A DNA stretch of 64,000 bases from Pristiophorus japonicus. Taxonomy: Eukaryota. Position 1 is the stretch's first letter. Each line of letters opens with the position of its first letter. Position numbers and translations under genes: made by a program. The DNA lies in the NCBI RefSeq assembly GCF_044704955.1, contig NC_091995.1, forward strand, positions 8,494,001 to 8,558,000, read 5' to 3'. Under the pieces are notes generated by a model that saw only the letters and a program-made list of their open reading frames with translations, was not told where the DNA came from and made no database searches. Below are positions 47,701 to 54,631 of the stretch, piece by piece.

Positions 47701-49802
47701 CTGCCCCCGACCCCCAGTGACTCTCTGCCCCCGACCCCCAGTGACTCTCTGCCCCCGACCCCCAGTGACTCTCTGCCCCCGACCCCCAGTGACTCTCTGC
47801 CCCCGACCCCCAGTGACTCTCTGCCCCCGACCCCCAGTGACTCTCTGCCCCCGACCCCCAGTGACTCTCTGCCCCCGACCCCCAGTGACTCTCTGCCCCC
47901 GACCCCCAGTGACTCTCTGCCCCCGACCCCCAGTGACTCTCTGCCCCCGACCCCCAGTGACTCTCTGCCCCCGACCCCCAGTGACTCTCTGCCCCCGACC
48001 CCCAGTGACTCTCTGCCCCCGACCCCCAGTGACTCTCTGCCCCCGACCCCCAGTGACTCTCTGCCCCCGACCCCCAGTGACTCTCTGCCCCCGACCCCCA
48101 GTGACTCTCTGCCCCCGACCCCCAGTGACTCTCTGCCCCCGACCCCCAGTGACTCTCTGCCCCCGACCCCCAGTGACTCTCTGCCCCCGACCCCCAGTGA
48201 CTCTCTGCCCCCGACCCCCAGTGACTCTCTGCCCCCGACCCCCAGTGACTCTCTGCCCCCGACCCCCAGTGACTCTCTGCCCCCGACTCCCAGTGACTCT
48301 CTGCCCCCGACCCCCAGTGACTCTCTGCCCCCGACCCCCAGTGACTCCCTGCCCCCGACCCCCAGTGACTCTCTGCCCCCGACCCCCAGTGACTCTCTGC
48401 CCCCGACCCCCAGTGACTCTCTGCCCCCGACCCCCAGTGACTCTCTACCCCCGACCCCCAGTGACTCTCTCCCCTCGACCCTGAGTGACTCCCTCCCCCC
48501 GACCCTGAGTGACTCCCTCCCCCCAGTGACTCTCTTCCCCCCCGACCCCCAGTGACTCTCTGCCCCCGACCCCCAGTGACTCTCTGCCCCCGACCCCCAG
48601 TGACTCTCTGCCCCCGACCCCCAGTGACTCTCTGCCCCCGACCCCCAGTGACTCTCTGCCCCCGACCCCCAGTGACTCTCTGCCCCCGACCCCCAGTGAC
48701 TCTCTGCCCCCGACCCCCAGTGACTCTCTGCCCCCGACCCCCAGTGACTCTCTCCCCTCGACCCTGAGTGACTCTCTTCCCCCCCGACCCCGTGACTCTC
48801 TGCCCCCGACCCCGTGACTCTCTGCCCCCGACCCCCAGTGACTCTCTGCCCCCGACCCCCAGTGACTCTCTGCCCCCGACCCCCAGTGACTCTCTGCCCC
48901 CGACCCCCAGTGACTCTCTACCCCCGACCCCCAGTGACTCTCTCCCCTCGACCCTGAGTGACTCTCTTCCCCCCCGACCCCGTGACTCTCTGCCCCCGAC
49001 CCCCAGTGACTCTCTGCCCCCGACCCCCAGTGACTCTCTGCCCCCGACCCCCAGTGACTCTCGGTCCCCGACCCCCAGTGACTCTCGGTCCCCGACCCCC
49101 AGTGAGTCTTTGCCCCTCCATCCTGAGTGACCCTCTCTTCCGACCCCGAGTGACTCCCTCCCCCCGACCCCGTGACCTCCCCCCGATCCCATGTGACCTC
49201 CCCCCCCGATCCCGTGACTCTCTCCCCAACTCCGGGTGAATCTCTCTAACTCTCTGCTTTTTCTCCCAGTCTCTGTGACCCTGGATGTGGAAACAGCGAA
49301 TCCATGTCTCGAGGTGTCTGAGGATCTGAAGAGTGTGAGATGGACCGGGACCTGGAGGAATCCCCCTGACACTGAGAAGAGGTTTACACACTGGGCCTGT
49401 GTGCTGGGATCGGAGGGATTCACATCGGGGAGACATTACTGGGAGGTGGAGGTGGCGGGGAATGAGGAGTGGAGTCTGGGAGTAGCCGCAGAGTCTGTGG
49501 GGAGGAAGGATTGGGTCACACTGAGCCCGGAGAATGGATTGTGGACCATCGAGCGGTACAATGATCAGTTTAATGTAAACTCCTCCCCTCCATCCCCTCT
49601 CCCTGCCGGTCAGATCCCCGGGAAGGTGGGAGTTTATCTCAGTTACGAGTCCGGGACAGTTACATTTTACAGCGCGGACACCAAGTCCCATCTCCACACC
49701 TTCACTGGGAATAAATTCACGGAGAAACTTTATCCTTTCTTCTGGACTGAGGATCTGAACAAGTGGCTGAGAATCTGCTCCGGTTTCAATCCGGGTCTGT
49801 GA
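5662..49802 (+). CDS. Butyrophilin-family protein (SP-IgV-IgC-TM-B30.2), 7 coding exons, 465 aa: join(5662..5719,17453..17800,19720..20004,24148..24267,40275..40301,42068..42094,49270..49802)
   Basis: Exons assembled by hand. Every intron is GT..AG and phase 1. Lengths 58+348+285+120+27+27+533=1398 nt give one open frame ending in TGA at 49800-49802. The domain order is the defining butyrophilin architecture. No one-to-one orthologue can be assigned. Confidence 0.9.
5985..8975 (+). mobile_element. CR1 LINE, decayed (end of ORF1 esterase, APE, RT, 3' tail)
   Basis: Fragments [41 protein letters not shown]; many stops and deletions. Confidence 0.93.
9220..10190 (+). mobile_element. CR1 LINE, 5'-truncated (RT C-terminus and tail)
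   Basis: [24 protein letters not shown], tail TTTCTATGTTTCTA; preceded by another CR1 tail fragment at ~9130-9220. Confidence 0.92.
10280..10530 (-). mobile_element. Deu-domain SINE, degenerate
   Basis: Reverse-complement similarity to 2530-2780. Confidence 0.65.
10545..11850 (+). mobile_element. CR1 LINE, second subfamily, 5'-truncated
   Basis: RT fragments, [33 protein letters not shown]; tail (ATTCTATG)n; interrupted at 11403-11537. Confidence 0.9.
11403..11537. mobile_element. 135-bp solo-LTR-like insertion
   Basis: TG...CA termini (TGATAC.../...ATGTCA), 5-bp TSD GAGGG at 11398-11402 and 11538-11542; the host CR1 reads through once it is removed. Confidence 0.7.
12848..15740 (-). mobile_element. 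Harbinger DNA transposon 1 (decayed; transposase on -, remnant of second gene on +)
   Basis: TIRs GGGCTAGATTTT / GGGTTAGATTTT (rc), 3-bp TSD TAT/CAT, subterminal GGGCG/CGCCC repeats, HARBI1-like ORFs. Confidence 0.9.
13951..15067 (-). pseudogene. Harbinger (HARBI1-like DDE) transposase pseudogene
   Basis: YLDL...[48 protein letters not shown]; frameshift near 14595 and FPK joined directly to MRTP, so the GAIDCTH catalytic motif is deleted. Confidence 0.9.
16555..17205 (+). mobile_element. CR1 LINE 3' fragment
   Basis: [10 protein letters not shown]...[11 protein letters not shown]; similar to 11030-11840. Confidence 0.88.
17453..17800 (+). CDS. BTN-like exon: IgV domain (B7/butyrophilin V-set)
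   Basis: ttttaccag acceptor; (E)[23 protein letters not shown]...LEIRWF...VHLY..GQD...[12 protein letters not shown]...[17 protein letters not shown]...LQVG; donor G|gttagt; 348 nt. Confidence 0.96.
18590..18865 (+). mobile_element. Non-LTR retrotransposon RT fragment (clade uncertain)
   Basis: [36 protein letters not shown] resembles the W..A...P..KK....NYRPISL RT N-terminal motif. Confidence 0.7.
19720..20004 (+). CDS. BTN-like exon: IgC domain (CD80-like C-set)
   Basis: ttgtag acceptor; (G)[39 protein letters not shown]...[21 protein letters not shown]; the C-x-S-x-GWYPEP motif is typical of BTN IgC; donor G|gtatgt. Confidence 0.95.
20402..22675 (-). mobile_element. CR1 LINE, decayed
   Basis: [41 protein letters not shown]; tail (AACATAAG)n at the left end. 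Confidence 0.93.
22787..23517. mobile_element. GC/CpG-rich Harbinger-type MITE
   Basis: Termini ..GGTGGAAATTGCCC / GGGCAATTTCGGCCCC, flanked by TTT; sharp GC-rich island in AT-rich intron. Confidence 0.7.
24148..24267 (+). CDS. BTN-like exon: transmembrane segment and stop-transfer
   Basis: Poly-T tract plus accttag; (D)[39 protein letters not shown]; the FFP..W motif follows IgC in BTNs; donor G|gtagga; 120 nt. Confidence 0.92.
24293..24420 (+). mobile_element. CR1 3'-tail fragment just after the TM exon
   Basis: GGAGCAGGCTCGAGGGGCCATATGGCCTACTCCTGCTCCTATTTCTTATGTTCTTA matches the other CR1 tails. Confidence 0.8.
25818..27118. mobile_element. Young Harbinger-type MITE spanning the assembly gap
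   Basis: Perfect 17-bp TIR GGGCCCAAGTTTCCACA / TGTGGAAACTTGGGCCC; perfect TSD AAT (25815-25817, 27119-27121). Confidence 0.9.
26172..26625. other. Assembly gap (454 N)
   Basis: Run of N. Confidence 1.
27133..29510 (+). mobile_element. CR1 LINE (ORF2 with internal deletions) inserted in L2
   Basis: [29 protein letters not shown] motifs, tail; same subfamily as 50609-54825. Confidence 0.93.
31151..32040 (+). pseudogene. Harbinger transposase pseudogene
   Basis: [69 protein letters not shown] across shifted frames; large internal deletion near 31455. Confidence 0.88.
32250..34361 (-). pseudogene. Harbinger Myb/SANT-like (trihelix) DNA-binding protein pseudogene, intron-containing
   Basis: ATG at 34361: [26 protein letters not shown]...(frameshift)LWREVAQHV...[17 protein letters not shown]|gtgagt (exon ends 34124); second exon ~33540-33678 (RERAR...LTDEEERM) ending at gtatgt; third acidic low-complexity exon from ~33381. 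Confidence 0.75.
35806..36560 (-). mobile_element. SINE-like insertion, possibly RTE-related, with a GC-rich repetitive block
   Basis: Cleanly interrupts the CR1; the AGGCAGTCCCT..GTCGATGATGAC end resembles RTE-type 3' ends from memory; duplicated TGATGGTGTTTTCTC at 36477 and 36538. Confidence 0.45.
36773..37150 (-). mobile_element. CR1 3' fragment nested in the older CR1
   Basis: Nearly identical to 20415-20770. Confidence 0.85.
38230..39772 (+). mobile_element. CR1 LINE fragments (38230-38805, 39428-39772) flanking a MITE
   Basis: [41 protein letters not shown], tail CTTATGTTCTTATG. Confidence 0.88.
38806..39424. mobile_element. Harbinger-type MITE, 5'-deleted, same family as 688-1401
   Basis: Colinear similarity with ~800-1401 including the right TIR GGAATGTCTGGGCC followed by ATT. 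Confidence 0.8.
39773..40230 (-). mobile_element. RTE (BovB-like) LINE 3' fragment
   Basis: [28 protein letters not shown]...[14 protein letters not shown], the typical RTE C-terminus. Confidence 0.9.
40275..40301 (+). CDS. BTN-like juxtamembrane micro-exon A, (E)LQLFCTLE
   Basis: ttcttgattttcag acceptor, 27 nt, donor AG|gtaagc, symmetric phase 1; lies in unique sequence between TEs; 21-27-nt exons are typical of this position in BTNs. Confidence 0.75.
40500..40785 (+). repeat. Degenerate tandem array of tRNA-derived SINE heads (~40-45 bp, about 6 units)
   Basis: Repeats of TGGTGCAATGGGTTAGRYACTGWCCTTTCA(C); A-box-like start and CTTTCAC loop. Confidence 0.55.
40871..41386. mobile_element. 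Harbinger-type MITE, diverged relative of 688-1401
   Basis: TIRs GGGGTAAAAATTGTGG / GGGGCTGAATTTGTAG (rc), flanks AAT/ATT, same internal layout (CCAAT then hairpin). Confidence 0.7.
42068..42094 (+). CDS. BTN-like juxtamembrane micro-exon B, (G)YDEVDIDY
   Basis: tttttgtttcgacag acceptor, 27 nt, consensus donor G|gtaagt, symmetric phase 1. Confidence 0.8.
42260..49235. repeat. ~7-kb C-rich minisatellite, 24-bp unit AGTGACTCTCTGCCCCCGACCCCC, with higher-order modules
   Basis: Fills nearly all of intron 42095-49269; perfect core ~47640-48285; variant units elsewhere. Confidence 0.98.
49270..49802 (+). CDS. BTN-like terminal exon: B30.2 (PRY-SPRY) domain
   Basis: Branch point ctctaac, pyrimidine tract and cccag acceptor; [23 protein letters not shown]...RF...[19 protein letters not shown]...W.LGVA...[14 protein letters not shown]...LHTF...LYPFF; TGA at 49800. 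Confidence 0.97.
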
Positions 49803-49989
49803 AAGGGGCGGGGCCTCGGGCCGGCTCACGTCATCCATGACCTCACAATGACTTGACCCCGCGCGGATAGGGTCAGGAGCAGAGGTTAGGGGTCGGGAGT
49901 TAGAAAATGTAATTTCCAAATGATGCATTGTAAAATCCCAATGAGACTGTAAATACAACCCATACAAATATAAAATGTCAGGAGACTTA

Positions 49990-49995
49990 AATAAA
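49990..49995 (+). terminator. Candidate polyadenylation signal AATAAA (alternative ATTAAA at 50056-50061)
   Basis: Canonical hexamer ~190 nt after the stop codon. Confidence 0.6.
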
Positions 49996-50193
49996 AAGTA
50001 AAAGCCGACAGCAAGTCCATCCCAGCCCTTTCTCATCACTGCCCCGCTCCTTTGTATTAAAAAGCAGGTCTAAGTTGTGCTCTGACAATGAGCACATTCC
50101 TCAGGTATTCAGCACCACGCACCATTGGTGATGGGAAATACACAAACTGTCTCTCCTCAAAAACACCGGGAGTTTGGTAATCTTCGGTTTAAA

Positions 50194-50293
50194 GGGCTGG
50201 ATGTTCCCTTTTACTGCCGTGCGGGGTGTAAAACTGGCGGCTGATCCGCTAACACCCGAGTTGTTCCCGGTGGTAAAAGTGAAAATTCACCCC
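50194..50293. mobile_element. 100-bp palindromic Harbinger-type MITE
   Basis: 25-bp imperfect TIR GGGCTGGATGTTCCCTTTTACTGCC / GGGGTGAATTTTCACTTTTACCACC (rc); flanks AAA/AGA. Confidence 0.7.
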
Positions 50294-50481
50294 AGAGTGT
50301 TTCACGTTCCCTTGCAGGTCACTGTAATGCCGCTTTCAGCCAGGAGATGGTGATGGCGAGCTGTACAGAGAGCTGTAAAGTTTTATGGTGCAATATCACC
50401 ACCTGCTGGTGTAAACCGGTACTGCGGGAATACCCATAAACAGAAAATGCTGAAACACTCGGCTCATCTGATAATTCAGAA

Positions 50482-50581
50482 CATGAGTCCATGATCAGAT
50501 CAGCCATGATCTTATTAAATGATGGAGCAGGTTCGAGGGGCCAAATGGCCTACTCCTGCTCCTATTTTTTTATGTTCTTAA
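50482..50581 (+). mobile_element. CR1 3'-tail fragment
   Basis: Matches the other CR1 tails. Confidence 0.75.
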
Positions 50582-50800
50582 CTGAAAGATAATTGGATTA
50601 GGAAAAATAAACATAGAAACATAGAAAATAGGTGCAGGAGTAGGCCATTCGGCCCTTCTAGCCTGCACCGCCATTCAATGAGTTCATGGCTGAACATTCA
50701 ACTTCAGTACCCCATTCCTGCTTTCTCGCTATACCCCTTGATCCCCCTAGTAGTAAGGACCTCATCTAACTCCTTTTTGAATATATTTAGTGAATTGGCC

Positions 50801-53604
50801 TCAACAACTTTGTGGTAGAGAATTCCACAGGTTCACCACTCTCGGGGTGAAGAAGTTCCTCCGCATCTCGGTCCTAAATGGCTTACCCCTTATCCTTAGA
50901 CTGTGACCTCTGGTTCTGGACTTCCCCAACATTGGGAACATTCTTCCTGCATCTAACCTGTCTAACCCCGTCAGAATTTTAAATGTTTCTATGAGGTCCC
51001 CTCTCATTCTTCTGAACTCCAGTAAATACAAGCCCAGTTGATCCAGTCTTTCTTGATAGGTCAGTCCCGCCATCCCGGGAATCAGTCTGGTGAACCTTCG
51101 CTGCACTCCCTCAATAGCAAGAATGTCCTTCCTCAGGTTAGGAGACCAAAACTGTACACAATACTCCAGGTGTGGCCTCACCAATGCCCTGTACAACTGT
51201 AGCAACACCTCCCTGCCCCTGTACTCTAATCCCCTTGCTATGAAGGCCAACATGCCATTTGCTTTCTTAACCGCCTGCTGCACCTGCATGCCAACCTTCA
51301 ATGACTGATGTACCATGACACCCAGGTCTCTTTGCACCTCCCCTTTTCCTAATCTGTCACCATTCAGATAATAGTCTGTCTCTCTGTTTTTACCACCAAA
51401 GTGGATAACCTCACATTTATCCACATTATACTTCATCTGCCATGCATTTGCCCACTCACCTAACCTATCCAAGTCACTCTGCAGCCTCACAGCATCCTCC
51501 TCGCAGCTCACACTGCCACCCAACTTAGTGTCATCCGCAAATTTGGAGATACTACATTTAATCCCCTCATCTAAATCATTAATGTACAGTGTAAACAGCT
51601 GGGGCCCCAGCACAGAACCTTGCGGTACCCCACTAGTCACTGCCTGCCATTCTGAAAAGTACCCATTTACTCCTACTCTTTGCTTCCTGTCTGACAACCA
51701 GTTCTCAATCCATGTCAGTACACTACCCCCAATCCCATGTGCTCTAACTTTGCACATCAATCTCTTGTGTGGGACCTTGTCGAACGCCTTCTGAAAGTCC
51801 AAATATACTACATCAACTGGTTCTCCCTTATCCACTCTACTGGAAACATCCTCAAAAAATTCCAGAAGATTTGTCAAGCATGATTTCCCTTTCACAAATC
51901 CATGCTGACTTGGACCTATCATGTCACCTCTTTCCAAATGCACTGCTATGACATCCTTAATAATTGATTCCATCATTTTACCCACTACCGATGTCAGGCT
52001 GACCGGTCTATAATTCCTTGTTTTCTCTCTCCCTCCTTTTTTAAAAAGTGGGGTTACATTGGCTACCCTCCACTCCATAGGAACTGATCCAGAGTCAATG
52101 GAATGTTGGAAAATGACTGTCAACGCATCCACTATTTCCAAGGCCACCTCCTTAAGTATGGATGCAGTCCATCAGGCCCTGGGGATTTATCGGCCTTCAA
52201 TCCCATCAATTTCCCCAACACAATTTCCCGGCTAATAAGGATTTCCCTCAGTTCCTCCTCCTTACTCGACCCCCCGACCTCTTTTATAACCGGAAGATTG
52301 TTCGTGTCCTCCTTCGTGAATACCGAACCAAAGTACTTGTTCAATTGGTCCGCCATTTCTTTGTTCCCCGTTATGACTTCCCCTGATTCTGACTGCAGGG
52401 GACCTACGTTTGTCTTTACTAACCTTTTTCTCTTTACATATCTATAGAAACTTTTGCAATCCGTCTTAATGTTCCCTGCAAGCTTCTTCTCATACTCCAT
52501 TTTCCCTGCCCTAATCAAACCCTTTGTCCTCCTCTGCTGAGTTCTAAATTTCTCCCAGTCCCCAGGTTCGCTGCTATTTCTGGCCAATTTGTATGCCACT
52601 ACCTTGGCTTTAATACTATCCCTGATTTCCCTTGATAGCCACGGTTGAGCCACCTTCCCTTTTTTATTTCTATGCCAGACAGGAATGTACAATTGTTGTA
52701 GTTCATCCATGCGGTCTCTAAATGTCTGCCATTGCCCATCCACAGTCAACCCCTTAAGTATCATTCGCCAATCCATCCCAGCCAATTCACGCCTCATACC
52801 TTCAAAGTTAGCCTTCTTTAAGTTCTGGACCATGGTCTCTGAATTAACTGTTTCATTCTCCATCCCAATGCAGAATTCCACCATATTATGGTCACTCTTC
52901 CCCAAGGGGCCTCGCACAACGAGATTGCTAATTAATCCTCTCTCATTACACAACACCCAGTCTAAGATGGCCTCCCCCCTAGTTGGTTCCTCGACATATT
53001 GGTCTAAAAAACCATCCCTTATGCACTCCAGAAAATCCTCCTCCACCGTATTGCTTCCAGTTTGGTTAGCCCAATCTATGTGCATATTAAAGTCACCCAT
53101 TATAACTGCTGCACCTTTATTGCACGCACCCCTAATTTCCTGTTTGATGCCCTCCCCAACATCACTACTACTGTTTGGAGGTCTGTACACAACTCCCACT
53201 AACGTTTTTTGCCCTTTGGTGTTCTGCAGCTCTACCCATATAGATTCCACATCATCCAAGCTAATGTCCTTCCTAACTATTGCCTTAATCTCCTCCTTAA
53301 CCAGCAATGCTACCCCACCTCCTTTTCCTTTTATTCTATCCTTCCTGAATGTTGAATACCCCTGGATGTTGAGTTCCCAGCCCTGCTCATCCTGGAGCCA
53401 CGTCTCCGTAATCCCAATCACATCATATTTGTTAACATCTATTTGCACAGTTAATTCATCCACTTTATTGCGGATACTCCTTGCATTAAGACACAAAGCC
53501 TTTAGGCTTGTTTTTTTAACACCCTCTGTCCTTTTAGAATTTTGCTGTACAATGGCCCTTTTTGTTCTTTGCCTTGGGTTTCTCTGCCCTCCACTTTTCC
53601 TCAT
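50801..53604 (-). pseudogene. CR1 ORF2 (APE endonuclease and reverse transcriptase), two small frameshifts
   Basis: 490-aa and 448-aa frames (ITETWL, GDFN, SDH; [22 protein letters not shown]) separated by a small deletion at ~52157 (DGLHP/..LKEVALE); second deletion at ~50810. Confidence 0.93.
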
Positions 53605-53681
53605 CTCCTTTCTGTCTTTTGTTTTTGCCTCCTTTTTGTTTCCCTCTATCTCCCTGCATTGGTTCCCATCCCCCTGCCATA

Positions 53682-54631
53682 TTAGTTTAACTCCTCCCCA
53701 ACAGCACTAGCAAACACTCCCCCGAGGACATTGGTTCCGATTCTGCCCAGATGCAGACCGTCCGGATTGTACTGGTCCCACCTCCCCCAGAACTGGTTCC
53801 AATGCCCCAGGAATTTGAATCCCTCCCTGCTGCACCATTGCTCAAGCCACGTATTCATCTGAGCTATCCTGCGATTCCTACTCTGACTAGCACGTGGCAC
53901 TGGTAGCAATCCCGAGATTACTACTTTTGAGGTCCTACTTTTTAATTTAGCTCCTAGCTCCTTAAATTCATTTCGTAGGAACTCATCCCTTTTTTTTTAC
54001 CTATGTCATTGGTACCAACGTGCACCACGACAACTGGCTGTTCTCCCTCCCTTTTTAGAATGTCCTGCACCCGCTCCGAGACATCCTTGACCCTTGCACC
54101 AGGGAGGCAACATACCATCCTGGAGTCTCGGTTGCGGCCGCAGAAACGCCTATCTATTCCCCTTACAATTGAATCCCCTATCACTATCGCTCGCCCACTC
54201 TTTTTCCTGCCCTCCTGTGCAACAGAGCCAGCCACGGTGCCATGAACTTGGCTGCTGCTGCCCACTCCTGATGAGTCATCCCCCTCAACAGTACTCAAAG
54301 CAGTGTATCTGTTTTGCAGTGGGATGACCACAGGGGACCCCTGCACTACCTTCCTTGCACTATTCTTCCTGCTGGTCTTCCATTCCCTCGCTGGCTGTGG
54401 ACCCTTCTCCTGCGGTAAGACCAACTCGCTACACGTGATACTCACGTCATTCTCAGCATCGTGGATGCTCCAGAGTGAATCCACCTTCAGCTCCAACTCC
54501 GCAACGCGGACCGTCAGTAGCCGGAGGTGGACACACTTCCCGCACATGTAGTCGTCAGGGACACTGGTGTTGTCCCCGTGTTCCCACATGGTACAGGAGG
54601 AGCATATCACATGACCGAGCTGTCCTGCCAT
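53682..54631 (-). pseudogene. CR1 ORF1 (Zn-finger and SGNH/GDSL esterase), one frameshift
   Basis: C-SS-C..W...C-GK-C; esterase blocks GDSIV, HVGTND, DGLH; frameshift in the T-run at ~53990-53998. Confidence 0.9.

Noticed and set aside
42260-49235. Immunoglobulin switch-region-like recombination substrate
   Set aside because: The sense strand is C-rich (mammalian switch regions are G-rich on the non-template strand), the unit lacks AGCT/WGCW AID hotspots, and there is no alternative downstream B30.2 exon in the window.
42090-49423. Long ORFs (up to 888 aa; [24 protein letters not shown] repeats)
   Set aside because: Translations of a 24-bp minisatellite that lacks stops in several frames on both strands; intronic, with no gene context.
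49236-49802. Stand-alone single-exon B30.2 gene starting at 49236
   Set aside because: The start is GTG and the first 11 codons are the branch point and pyrimidine tract; it is a spliced terminal exon.
49270-49802. BTN3A1-like phosphoantigen sensing
   Set aside because: The basic His/Arg pocket cannot be shown by eye and this B30.2 looks TRIM-like; it needs a structural alignment.
49889-49900. Inverted copy of the repeat motif (GGGGTCGGGAG) after the B30.2 exon as a cassette boundary
   Set aside because: Only ~11 bp of low-complexity match; not distinguishable from chance.
48918-50039. 373-aa minus-strand ORF
   Set aside because: Antisense shadow of the GC-rich B30.2 exon plus repeat; no recognisable domain.
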